This document shows, piece after piece, positions 13,307 to 25,392 of a stretch of DNA of 64,000 nucleotides. The position numbers and the translations under genes were made by a program. Below the pieces are notes generated by a model that saw only the letters and a list, made by a program, of their open reading frames with translations, searched no databases and was not told the origin of the DNA. Numbering within the stretch: position 1 is the stretch's first letter; each line of letters starts with the position of its first letter. Source of the DNA: Cyanophora paradoxa CCMP329 (lineage: Eukaryota > Plantae > Glaucophyta); contig QPMI01000168.1 in NCBI GenBank assembly GCA_004431415.1, positions 162,477-226,476 of the forward strand, written 5' to 3'.

Positions 13307-13671
13307 TTACTGTACAATCAAGACTGCAGAAGGCCTGCAGCTAGCGCTAGCGCGCTGTGAATCCAGATCTTCGGAAGGCCAACTTGGCAAATTGAATTAA
13401 ACAAGTTCAACCGTTGCCAAACTTGAAAGTTGCATTTGTGAGAGCTTACATTTGCTGAGTTGAGAGCAGTGGGCACCTAGAGTCACAGTCATGCTCTGTG
13501 ACGACAACCGGGGCCTGCATGCGCCGCCCAGGGCAGATCTCAATTGCAAAAAACGAAGTTCACTGCGTCAAGCTCCGCTTGAGCTTCCCCATGCATTGAC
13601 CACACCAACAAGTGTTCCGAATCCTAAAGTACCACTATACATATTCCTCAACAAGATGATTGGAAACATGG

Positions 13672-15778
13672 CTACGGGGACTGCAGAATGTGCTCCGTAG
13701 AGCGGCTAGGGGTGTCGAGGCCGAGAGCAGATAGAGAGAGCTGTGCAGCAAGTGCACGGGGGGCAGGAGATGCGCTGATGTCAGAGATGGAGGAGCTTTC
13801 CGATGGGGACAAAGGAGCATCCAGGGCGGAAGATGCATTTAGTGCTACCTGCCCGTTAAGTGGACCTGCTGCTGCAGCAAAAAGGATGCGGTGGTACGAT
13901 GCAACACGAGACTCTGCTTGAGCAATCTTTGCTCGAACAGCAGCAACCTCGGCCTCGTGACCCTCCTGCATCGCACCAAGCTGCAAAAATCTGGCTTAGA
14001 ATGGCCTAATGCTCAAGAGAAGCAGCAAGATCACCTCAGATTCCAGTTTTTGTGCCATGCGCTGGTTTGATTCAACTGCTGCAGCAAGTGCTAATCCACG
14101 CTCCTCTGCTGCCCGGAGCTCCATCTGAAAAGACATCATGCATGGGAGGGGAAAACATTCCCGAGACATTGAATGTCACCTGGGCCGAAGCCAGAGCTGC
14201 CTGAGCTGCTCGCAGTCGCTCCCCATGCTTCTCCTTTAGAGCAGTCGAGTTTCCCTGTCACAAGTGTTACAATGGCCAAATAGGCATCACTTGATTTCTA
14301 TATTGGACCTGGGCAGTCTTCAATCGGCGCTGGAGAAGTGCCTCTTCCGTTGACATTTCTGTCAAAGACCGCTCTTTCTGCAGAACAGCATCCTGTGCTT
14401 CTTTGACCTGTTTACCAACAGTTAGGCGAATCAAACAGTACTGTGATGTATAAGCACCTCTGCTGCAACACGTCGCCATTTCCCCATTTCTTCTTCACTT
14501 GTGCCAAGGAGCTTCATGCACTTCGCAACATCCTTTCGAGAGAAGAGTAAGCTAAAGCCACGAACCGGCAAGAGCTTAAGCATTCTTTGAACCTTCTCTA
14601 TCTTGGCCAGGGCCTCCAGGCGTGCTTGCAGGTCTCTGGCACGCTTGTCTGCCTCAGCTGTTGCTGTCCGCTCGGAATCCAGTGTGTTTGTCATGTCCTC
14701 CAGCGTCTGTTACCCCCTGTCAACTGACGTGCAACTGAATTGCCGGGAACACGAGGCACCTTTTTGAAGCGCTGTGGGCTTTGGACTATTTGAGAGCGCA
14801 TCTTGGAGGTTTCCTGCTTGGTGTTGACGATGGCGAATTTGCTGTTGCTCTGGAAAGAAACGCCGGATAAATCAGTCAAGTGCGAAGAACATGAATACTC
14901 TGAGACAGAAGGGCGCACGATCTTTTCGGCAAGCTCAGCAGTGGCCTGCTTCAATGTTTTGAGCTCCCCATTGAGGACTGCCTGCTCCCTGTTTGGATAC
15001 TTAGTATGCTTGTCAAGCCTCGTGAGAGGATGTGAGTGTTACCTATTCAGAGAATGAATTTCTGTCTCCATCGCTTGTGTTTCCTTCCGCAGACCGTCAA
15101 TTTGAGGCTCCTCTGCAGCCCTTGCTGCCCTGCCAGCAGGCGTCAGGCAAGTCACTCGAGATGACGTCGATCGCGAACTTTATTTTACTTATTTGAGTTT
15201 CGAGATCATTATTCTCCTGATCAAGACGCTGCCGGCGCGCAAACAAGTCGTCCTGAGCAAAGTGTCAGCTGTGAAACCCCGTCCAGGGAAGGCACGTACG
15301 GTTCTCTCGGTGAGCTCCTTGTACTTCTGCATGCGCTCTTCACGGAACTTTACGAAATTGATAATGGCGCTGAAGTTCCGCTGCGTGCGTGCGGGCTCCG
15401 GTTTGTGTATATCTCGAATGCTGAAGTCCCCGACCCCAACAACGGCCATAAGCTTCGCCCTGCGCCGCGCATCAGCCCGCAAACATGCGATGTGCACGGA
15501 GAAGCGGGTTCTCACAGCGCTCTCCAGAAGCCGATTTCGCCGACAGACTCCTCGTGCAGCTCGGGAAACTCGAAGCAATCAAGGCCCGCGAACTGGGCCT
15601 GCTGATACTCATCCCTTCTAGATCCAGTGAGGTACTCGATAAAATACTCGTACAGCGGCTTGACGCTCTCTGGCGTCGGTTTCTGGATGAGGTCGTCGGG
15701 CACGCCCTCGAAGTTCAGCTCCCGGAAGCACTGGATCAGCTCAACCGGCCTAAGAATCGGAAAGCTGTAGTGCGTCAT
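13672..15778 (-). CDS. NUF2: Kinetochore protein NUF2
   Basis: MTHYSFPILRPVELIQCF...LIQKPTPE; VGDFSIRDIHKPEPARTQRNFSAIINFVKFREE; IVQSPQRFK; long coiled coil. Confidence 0.92.
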
Positions 15779-16087
15779 CGTGCGCCTAGCTACAGCTACG
15801 GTGTCCGCGCCAGGTCGCGCTGCGGTTGACGGAGCTGCGGTCCCTGAAGCGCGTGCTCTCTCTTGGAAAGGGAATCGAGTGCCGGGAACGGATCTCTACG
15901 CAGCGCCGTTCTTCGCGCTACCGCCGGCTACGCTTCGAGGAGCAGACCGTTTTTTGAACGCTTGCCCCCCTCCTGACTGCTGGGTACGCTCAGTCGGCAG
16001 GGGTACGCCGAGAGGTCGGCGCAACCGGCGCGCTCACAGAGCAGAGCCGCTAGTGCACGTTGGAGCCCTCAGAGAGAGTCTGTCACA

Positions 16088-18246
16088 ATGCCTCCCAAAG
16101 ATGAGAAGAAGAAGCAGAAGGTCATCGAGGACAAGGTGCGCCGTGCGATGGAGAGCTGCGAGCGTCTGCTGGTTGCGAGTGGCAGCGCGCCGTCGCGCGG
16201 CGCACGCGCCGAGCGCTCCCTCCGCCGCGCATGACCGTCGCCGCGCAGACGTTCGGTATGAAGAACAAGAACAAAAGCAGCAAGGTCCAGAAGTTCATTC
16301 AAAACCTTCAGCAGCAAGCGAAGCCGGTGAGTCGCGGTGCAAGATCACGGGACCGCCGCCCAGAGCGCGCGGCGCAGCCCACTGACGCCTATCGTCGAGC
16401 GCAGCCTGTGCGCCGTGATCCGAATGCCCAGCCGTCGGTGAAGGACAAGAAGGAGGAGGAGAAGAAGCGTCAGCAGGAGCTCCTGATGCTCTTCAAGCCC
16501 GTCGTTGAGAAGCAGAAGATTCCTGCGCCAGGCTCGCACGGCGCTTTCGGGCGGCATGGCTTCGACCAATACGCGATCCGCTGACGGCGCCCCAGGCGAG
16601 GATCCGAAGGGTATCATCTGCCAGTTCTTCAAGCAGGGCCAGTGTCAGAAAGGCAGCAAGTGCAAGTTCAGCCACGATCTCGCGGTCGAACGCAAGGGCG
16701 CCAAGATCGACGTATATACCGATAGGCGTGATGCGAAGGGTTTGCCCGCTTCATTATCGCCTTGCGAAGCGCCTCTCGCTAAACGGGGTCTGAAGATGAG
16801 ACGATGGAGCAGTGGACGGACGAGAAACTCCGGGAAGTCGTCGATTCCAAGCAGGGTTCCGAGAACAAGAACCTGCCGACCGCGATTGTTCGTACCGTCC
16901 CGCGCAGCTTGCGCGAAATGCCAGGCTGATCAATTTCCTTCCCTGCGCAGATCTGCAAGTTCTTCCTTCAGGCCATCGAGGACAAGAAGTATGGCTGGTT
17001 CTGGGAGTGTCCAAATGGGCCGAAGTGCCAGTACAGGTCAGGGAGATTCCATTCTCGTCCCTCCCGGTTTGTTTTTTGACAACTTTTCATGCAGGCATGC
17101 ACTGCCGCCTGGGTATGTGCTGAAGTCAAAGGATGCCGCAAAGGAGGACGACGAGGATGATGGCTTGACCCTTGATGAGCTGATCGAGGAGGAGGTGCCT
17201 CTTGTACTGGCTGTGCGCCATTATTCTACTCACCTCCATGTTTGTCCGCGTAGAGGAAGAAGGTTGTTGGCAAAACGTGCGACTCCTTCGAATCTAGACC
17301 GCTTTAAGATTGCCTAACGAGTCGTGCAGGCCTGTGACGTGGGAGACTTTCAAGAAGTGGAAAGAGGAGAAGGAGGCACGCAAGAAGGAGACAGCCGAGA
17401 AGGAGGCGCAGGAGAAGAAGGAGGGCAAGCGCCAGGTACGCTTTCGCATGAAGACATCGACACATGCCTCCAACACTCTGCCAGATGACTGGGCGCGATC
17501 TGTTCGTCTTTAATCCCGAAATGTTCGTTGATGACGACGAGGCCGCCGAGGACGTAAGTAGTTCAACATTAAAGGCGCTTATGTGTTTTACTAATGGTCA
17601 CTTTGCAGTATGAGCGCGATGAGGATGCTGATGCAAGGAACTACGCAAGTGTTCCGGACATCTCGGCGGTGTGGCAGGTCCTGTGTGCTGCATCTGGATT
17701 CTCGCGACTCAATTCCGCACCCCAGAGACCCACGGACTACGGCCGTGAAGATGCAGAGCCGGAGCAGGAGGCAGGACCGAGTACTTCTAGTGGTGCTGGG
17801 CCATCCAGGAGCAAAGGGAAAGGCCCCTTGGACCCGGTTCTGGCTGTGGACGAGTCGCTGTTTGAGGTGTGTGCCTTCGAAGGGGTGTGAAGGGCGATAA
17901 TGCTTTCGGAATTGGCAACATGATGATACCTCTTTTACATTCAAGTAAATCGGCATCGTCTGATTTACCATGCTGTGAAATGGTTTCTGATCTTGCCAAT
18001 TACATCTCAACTGTCAAGCGATGTGATGATGAATTATTTAAAACCTGTAAATCGGCATCGTCTGAGTTTTCTGCTGAGATTTGGTTTCTGATACGCTTGA
18101 CATTTTCGCCCCTATTCTACAGTGTGATTTCTGCTGCTTTTTCCGCCCTCGTGCTCACATCAATTCTCGTCGAGCAGGGAGCAGACGAGGGTGATCTGGA
18201 AGCCGAGGATGTGGATGACGACGGGGGAGAGGGGGATCCTGGGTGA
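16088..18246 (+). CDS. ZC3H15: CCCH zinc-finger protein ZC3H15/TMA46 (DFRP1)
   Basis: MPPK...[21 protein letters not shown]; [20 protein letters not shown]; [22 protein letters not shown]; [10 protein letters not shown]; [11 protein letters not shown]. Confidence 0.93.
17911..18000 (+). ncRNA. Intronic box C/D snoRNA, copy 1
   Basis: Terminal stem ATTGGCAA/TTGCCAAT; box C ATGATGA (17920-17926); D' CTGA (17960-17963); D CTGA (17987-17990); D' guide TCGGCATCGT is complementary to the SSU rRNA segment ACGAUGCCGA (recalled from conserved eukaryotic 18S). Confidence 0.8.
18012..18102 (+). ncRNA. Intronic box C/D snoRNA, paralogous copy 2
   Basis: Terminal stem TGTCAAGCG/CGCTTGACA; box C GTGATGA (18023-18029); D' CTGA (18062-18065); D CTGA (18088-18091); same guide GTAAATCGGCATCGT as copy 1. 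Confidence 0.8.
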
Positions 18247-18907
18247 GAGCACCCTCTTTTTGTTTCTATGTGCTGCTGAGTTTCCACCGTGGCACTAGGG
18301 ACGGTGAGGAAGAGGACGATTGAGTCTTGTGTGTCGATGATTCTCTCAGGTAGTAATTCTGTAGTTGTTTCAAGTCCAATCTCACTCCAGCTCGTTGCAT
18401 CTTTGCTCAATCAAAGAACTTGAAGAGCTCAGCGGAAGAGCTTTCACCGACCCCCCCCCCCCCCCCCCCCCCCAAAAAAAAACCCATAACCCAACCCACA
18501 CGTGCTAGCGACATAACCCACAGTGCCCATATGCATACCCGATGGCGCAAGCGCTATCGTTGGCTTCGAAATTTCGTCACTGAGTCAGAGAGAGCTCGAG
18601 AGAAAGCATCATGGAGGGGAAGAACTGCGAGGGGGGTACGCGCCCGAAGTCTAGAGACGCCCCGCAGTTAGTCGCGGGCGAGCTAGAACAGCGCCAGAGA
18701 AGTTCGCGGTGTTGATACGAAGCAAGCGAAGACCGGAAATCGACGGCGGATCCGGGAGACGCGCCGCTGACCTTTCGGGCCGGAGGGGTTTCTGGGACGC
18801 ATCGCCCAGAAAGCGCTCGGGCGGCCGGCCGACCTGAGCCACGAGATTGATAGCGCTCTGGTGCATGCTTTAGCCTCGTCGGGGCCGGCCCGCACGTTCT
18901 GTCCGCG

Positions 18908-20472
18908 ATGTTCAAGGCGCTCTTCAGTAAGCCGTGATCTCAGACGCCGCACCGCTCCAGCTGACACCGTGCGCTCGCTACAGAATCTTCGGCAAAGCCG
19001 CAAGGGGTTCGGGGGCCTCAAAAGCACCTGGAGCATGCAGTCGTGGCGCTGCAGGGACCTGTGCGTCCCTTCGCGCGGCCCGGCTAAACCGGCATTGACT
19101 CCCGCGCAGCGCCCGACAATGGAGGACAGGCACACGATCATGCTAAATGTGAACGCTGGTGCATACGGGGGCGACTGCGGCTTCTTTGGCGTTTTCGACG
19201 GGCACGGAGGCGTAGAGGTGCTCAGAATTGATCTTGCGCGCGTTGAGGGGGGCGGGGCGCAAGCCTTGCGACAACACTCATTCATACGGCGCATGTCTAA
19301 ACCGCGTATTGCTTCGCAGGCGGCAGACTACTGCGCGAAGTCACTGTGCACGGCGATTGTCAGCAACAAAAACTTCCCGGCAAACATCTCCGAGGCTATG
19401 AAGGAGGGGTTCCGGCAGCTCGACGACGACCTCCTCAAGCAGTCGGAAACGATCAACGGGGCGTCCGGCTCGACCGCGACGATCGCGCTTATCACAGACG
19501 GCATTATCTACGTGGTGCGTGCGCGGTTGCGCTCGCACCTCTGCGCGCAGCATATCGCTTAATTCAGTTTTTTCCTCAACAGGGCAACGTAGGAGATAGC
19601 CGCTGCGTGCTTTCGCGCGGAGGGCGCGCCGTTGAGCTGTCGACAGACCACACACCTTTTCGGCCGGACGAGTACACGCGCATCAAGAAAGCAGGTGCGG
19701 GGCCGTGTGCTATACAAGAAATTTGTTTTTTGATCGTTGTTCCAGGCGGCTGGGTCGACGAGTCCGGATACCTGAACGGCTATATTTCCATGTCGCGTGC
19801 GATGGGCGACGCGGATTTTAAACAGTGCTTCCGGTTGCTGTTCCCGGGGCACACCTTCACAGGCCCCCTCCTCATCTCGGAACCCGAGGTCGGCCTTCTG
19901 CTTGCCGCTACGTACACGGAAGTCGCGGGACTCACCTCCGGGTCGCAGATCCACGAGGAGCGCCTCACAGACGAGGACGATTTCCTGATCCTCGCGTGCG
20001 ACGGTCTGTGGAAGCGCTTGACCAGCAAAAAGGCGGTCAAGGTCGTGCGGAAGGCGCTTCTGGAGAGCCCCGACGTGCAGCGCGCGGCGGACAAGCTCGT
20101 GCAGGAGGCGATCGATTTGCGCACGACGGACAACGTGACGGCGATCGTCATCATGCTGCAGCGGCCGCAGTGGATGAAGAGCGACGCAAGCATCTCTGGC
20201 GGCAGTGCGCTTGCAGCCGCCCGCGCTGCTTCGTCCGCCGGTGCCCTCCGTCAAATTCCCCGCTCCCCGTTTCCTTTCGAAAACTGATCACGGTTGCCCT
20301 GCCACGTCCAGGCGACCGGGACGGCGACTCGTCCGCAGAAAATTCTAGACATGGTTCCATGGGGTCTCAGTTTGGGCAGCTATCCATATCAACGCCTACG
20401 CAAGGACACAACTCTGCAGATCCGTCGCCCAAGCCGGCCAAAAAGGGCTTCTTCTCATTCGGCTCAGGATAG
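18908..20472 (+). CDS. Protein phosphatase 2C (PPM family)
   Basis: RPTMEDRH, FFGVFDGHGG, SGSTA, GNVGDSRCVL, LSTDH, MSRAMGD, FLILACDGLW, TTDNVTAIVI. Start uncertain. Confidence 0.93.
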
Positions 20473-21399
20473 AGTTTGATATTTTGATAGCATTTGGACC
20501 CGAATTCGAATTCAGCAGTAGGCGGTACGATGACAGCGTTAGCCTATAGCTAGCTTAATATGATAGCAGTTGTTTCATGTAGCTCCCAGCCCCGCGCATG
20601 CTAGCGCTGCGGCTGCATTGCTTTCATCCTTTCGAATTTTGTTTTTCGCAGATCTAGAAGCGTTTTTCCCATGCATTGTTCTTGGTTCTCATGTGAACCA
20701 TCGAATGTGATGCAGCCGCTGAGCACTGCGGCATTTTCCAGTCTTCCGAGTCTGGCATATGCCACTGCAAGTATGTCAAAGTGTTGTCATCGCCAAGTCG
20801 ATGCCAACGGAAGGTGACCGGTCCCGGGAAACCAGTCTTGAACTTTTTTCCACTGCGCCACATGCTCTAGATCTCCGGATCCGGTCCACCCTCCTCCGGT
20901 CCGCCCAATTGCAAGCCTTTGAAGAGATTCGAAATCCCGGGCTCGCCGGGGGGGGCGCGCCCTTCCGATCCGAAGTTCGTGCATGGCCATCATGGCATCG
21001 CCATGGGCGCACTGCGGCATCCCGGGCCTCTCCTGCGCTCCGGCCCGGCGGTCCCGCCGCCCGGCGGCCGATACCGCCGCCGATGCATATGCATATGCCG
21101 ACGCCCATCTGCCGCAGTGCAGAGCCTCGTGCACTGGGCCACCCGCTGTACCTGCTGCCGCCGGCGCGGGTGCGCTGCAGCTGGGAGACGCTACCCGCTG
21201 ACGTCCGGGGTCTTACCGAGGCCCTCCTGCGGAGGCAGCTGGCCCCTTCCTCTCGCAGGCTGATACGGCCCCGGAATACAATGAACCCTGACAAGACCAG
21301 AAAATATATTACGAACTAATTCAGCTAATGGGAAAACCATGTGCAAGCGATCATTACCTACGATTACATAATTCAAGACACTACAGTGAAGGAGCACTC

Positions 21400-22957
21400 T
21401 TAGTAGCTTTCTTCGCCGATCTTGACGTCGGTGATGGCGGGCGGCGGCGGCATGGACATGGACATGCTGGTCGCCGACTCGAGGTTCTTGCCCTGGCTCT
21501 TCGCAGTCCAGCCGAGGACGGCAGCGTAGATGAAGCAGAAGATCCACTGGAGGATCGTGATGACCGCCATGCCGTACTCGAGGGGAGCGAGGCGCACTTC
21601 GCTGTCGCCCTTCTCGATGGTGCCCACTTCCTCAACGTACTTTGTGTATACGTCAGAGAACTGAGCGAGGATGGCTGGGTCGTTCAGATAAGAAGTTTGA
21701 GAGGGAAAGACTTCAGTCCAGACTGCAGCGCCAAGGATTTGCGCATTGCGCGTGTTGAACTGGATCATGTCCTCCTTCGTGACTCGGACGTTGACCTTGC
21801 GGGCGTACTGCAGGAGCCGGCACGCGAATCCGAACTGGATGGTGTTGAGGGCGAAGACGATGCAGGTGAAGACGAGGAAGACGTTCCAGCTAGCCCTCAG
21901 CGCCCGCGACTTGACGCTGAAGTACACGGCAAAGAGCGCGTAAACCATGGTCACCGGGCCTGGGCAGGGTTCAGTCGAGGACGACAACGGAGGGACAAAA
22001 CAAACAGTTCACCAGCGGGGAAGGCGGCCAGGAAGAGGGTGAAAGTCTGGAGCATGGGCCCCGCAGAAAGGAGCGTGCTGACGATGTACGAGCGCGGGTT
22101 CGGGATCTTGATGTCCTTGTAGCCCGCAGTCAGGAAAGGGGCGTTTTCGAATGAGGCGGACGTCAAGCCCAGCTTGCTTCCGACGTCCAGCACTCTGGCT
22201 AGCATGACCTGCCAAGAGGGCGATAAGGAAATAGGAAAGAGGAAAGAACTCTGGGCTGCTCGCAAGTGGGGCTTGAAGGTTTCTAGAACAGATCTGAAAT
22301 AGGATCTAGAAGTCGCTCACCCGGCCCAGGACATCGTCCTCGTCGTCACGGGGGAACATCTGGGAGACGGTGCCCTGCCGAGAGACTGTGAGCGAGGCGA
22401 CGCGAGGTGACGGAAAGGACGCACTGGCCCTGCGCCGTTGTACATCGCAGCGATACGAAGCTGGTCATCTTGATTCACTCCAGACAGGTACGTGGCTGCG
22501 CGAGAGCAGAACATGCTAAGAAAAAGGACTGTAACAGCAGGGGGGAAGCGAGCGACGGGGCGCAGGCCGGAAGCCACACCGTAGTCAAAGCCGCCCTCTG
22601 TGTCGAATGTCAGGCCGAGGGGACGATAGCAAAAGGACGCAGTGCTCACCCCAGTAATCGATATAGCGGTAGGTACAGATGAGGTGCACTGCGAACGATG
22701 GACTGGGATGAGACCGACCCAGACCTGACATGCGAGCCGGAGCGCACCGATGGTGCACATCAGCAGAAACACCGCCGGGACTGCGAGGAGCACGGGCATT
22801 AGCTTTGCCCTAGCTCAAACGAGCGGGCACGTCGATAGAGCGTACTCATAAGCCTGCAGTATTCAAGACAGAAATAAGGTCAGCCGGGCACACGCTGCAC
22901 GAAATCCGGGCTGCCAACAACTTCGCACCAGAAAGAACGCTTGTTCCCGTTCGCCAT
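21400..22957 (-). CDS. Uncharacterised multi-pass membrane protein
   Basis: Multi-exon gene with several hydrophobic segments (LLAVPAVFLLMCTIG, VYALFAVYF, FLVFTCIVFALNTIQFGF, MAVITILQWIFCFIYAAVL); no family recognised. Confidence 0.65.
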
Positions 22958-23374
22958 GGCTGCAGCGCCCTGCGGAGCGTTCGTTCTGTCAGCCGGGCTG
23001 TCCTATACTTGAGATCGTCCATATGGGCCGTCGGCGGCGGGCAACGAGCAGCCGGCCTCTATGGACTCGCTGGCCGTATAACGCTGTCTGGAAACCCACT
23101 TCATTGGTGGCTAATGACATTGATCGAGGTCGGTAAAGGCAGCCGAGCCGACCGACCGACTGTTCTTCGGAGGGTAATGCGGCTAGGAGTCCTTAACGGC
23201 GGCGGGAGTCCGCCGGTGATGGGGGCTCCGGCGAAGAGAACTAGCTAGATTCGAGAGCTGCCCTGAGGCGTCGGCGCACAGGGGCGGCACGAACCGGGAG
23301 AGACTACTAGTCTACTACCGGCTGGGGGGTACAGCCGATCTTCAGCTTGCCAGCCTCCGGCCTCCGTCTCCGCC

Positions 23375-24973
23375 ATGTCGTCGGACGTAGTCGCCCCTCC
23401 CACACCCACGGCGCCCGTCGCGCCGATTCCGCTGCCGGAGAAAGCCGCACCCGCCGCCCCCATCCCCGCCTCGGAAGAAGCGCCCGCTCCCGTCGTCAAG
23501 AAACGTGCGCCATATCTTCGTCGCGGCGGTTTCGGCCTGTGCGGCGGTCGTCGTTTGCCTGACTGGTGGGCATTTCTGCAGCAGCGGCCGCGGCCGCGAC
23601 GGGGAGCCCTGTCAGCAAGGAGGCGCAAGACAAGGAGGCGAAAGGTCTTATGGCCGCCAACAAAATTGAGGTAAACTGCGCCGATGCCGCGTCGAGTGAG
23701 CGGGCACGTCCCGCGTACGCGGCGCATTCAGATGACGGCGATACTGCCCGGACGTGCTAGTCTGTGCAGATGTTGCATTTGCTGTGTATGACACGCCCGT
23801 AGCTCGATCCGCAGAGCATCATCCGCTGGAAAAACCCTGCAGTCTCGGGGACCTTCTTCGCCCTCATCAACGTGCGTGGCCGCTCCTTGTGGTGCCCACG
23901 AGCGGCTCCAGTAACGCCGCTGTCTTGCAGGTTGCATGGTATCTGCTCGCCATCCGCGGTGCGCGTCTTGGCCTCGTTGCCTTCGGACGCAGGCCAATCT
24001 GCGGTGACAGGCTGGACGCTGATTTCGCTCGTCTCGTGGATCCTGTTCGCCGAGGTCGCCGTGTGCTTTCTGTGTGAGTGCCGACGCGCGCACTGGCGCC
24101 CATCGTTCGCGGCTCCCCGCGCGCCTCTAGAGACAATAAAATCGGCTGCTGCAGTCGCGTCTGTGATTCGAGCCGCGCGCAGATGTGAACCTCTTCACTG
24201 TGATCTCGGAGGTCATTCTGAAGAAAAGCGTGAAGCGCCCGGTGTCCGGCCGGCAGGTTTTCGTCTCCCCGGATGTCATCCGCAGGTGGGCCTCCCAGGG
24301 CTTCCCGGCCCTCCACCGCCGTGCGCGTGCCCCTGGTATTGCCCAACGGCGCCGCGCGTCCTCCGCAGCCACCTGGACGCCCTCGTGCCCGTCCTGGAGA
24401 CGGTCGAGAACACTTTCAGTGCGCCCCGTGCAGTGCGCCCGCCGCCTCTGCCGCTCCGATCTTGAATCCGCGGCAGTGAACCTGCTGCTCGGCACGGACA
24501 ACCGCCTTGCCCTCCAGGTGCGCCGCTCTGTCGCCCAGCTCATCCCACCACCTCTCAATTGCTCTCCCCTCGGTTGCAGGGCATGGGCATCCTCCTCGTC
24601 ACTGCGGGTCAGCCCTCTGCTTTCATCACCGCCCCCTCGTCGCAGCGCCAGCCGCCGAGCTGAATTCGATCGTGCTCCCGCGCAGTCCTCGGCCAGTTCT
24701 TCTCGATCCTCAACCTCCTCTACTTCGCGTTCCTCGCCGCTTTCACCCTCCCGAAGCTCTACGAGTCCAAGAAGACCGAGGCGAGTCTACCGTCGTATCC
24801 CCTCGATAAATTCTGAGTTACCCGCGTAGATCGACCGCGCCTTCGACAACGGCATGAAGAAGGCGAGCGAGCTGAGGGCCAAGGCCGTCGAGAAGGCGGG
24901 CGACCTCAAGAAGCAGCTCAACGACCGCATCCCCCGGGGCGCCAACGTTGCGATTGAGAAGAAGAAGCAGTGA
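23375..24973 (+). CDS. Reticulon-family ER-shaping protein
   Basis: Pro-rich N-terminus; WKNPAVSG...; two long hydrophobic hairpins; YFAFLAAFTLPKLYESKKTE-ID; KKKQ* ER-retrieval-like end. Confidence 0.85.
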
Positions 24974-25392
24974 GGCAGCGACTCCGAGACTCGCAGCGGC
25001 TCGTCGGAGGCAGGCATCTCAAAAGCACGGCACTGCCGCAGCCACTTGTCGGAGTGCGACGCCGAATTCCGAGTTCTTACATATAGTATGCAGCTTTCAG
25101 TACTAGTGTTCCCATGCGGCGCCAGCCCTCTCGGCAACGTCTGTAAAGTATACGTATTCGTTGTCCAGCGGCGCAGGCAGCTGGGCGCTCGCATGTTGTA
25201 CAGCTTCATGGATGCTTTGTCATTGCAATCGCGGTACCTTCGTGTGCGACTACTTGGCCCAGTGGCAAGGTTAGGCGCGCCCCAGCGGCATGCCGCAGTA
25301 GCGCCCGCAGTGCTCGGCTGCGTCGCGAGCGCACGGTATGACTATAAGATTTGTACACGGGATTCGGGAGATTCATGGAGGGAGAGGGGAAA

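Noticed and set aside
20654-21320. ORFs between PP2C and the membrane protein gene
   Set aside because: Mutually overlapping short frames with no recognisable domain; possibly decayed sequence but unsupported.
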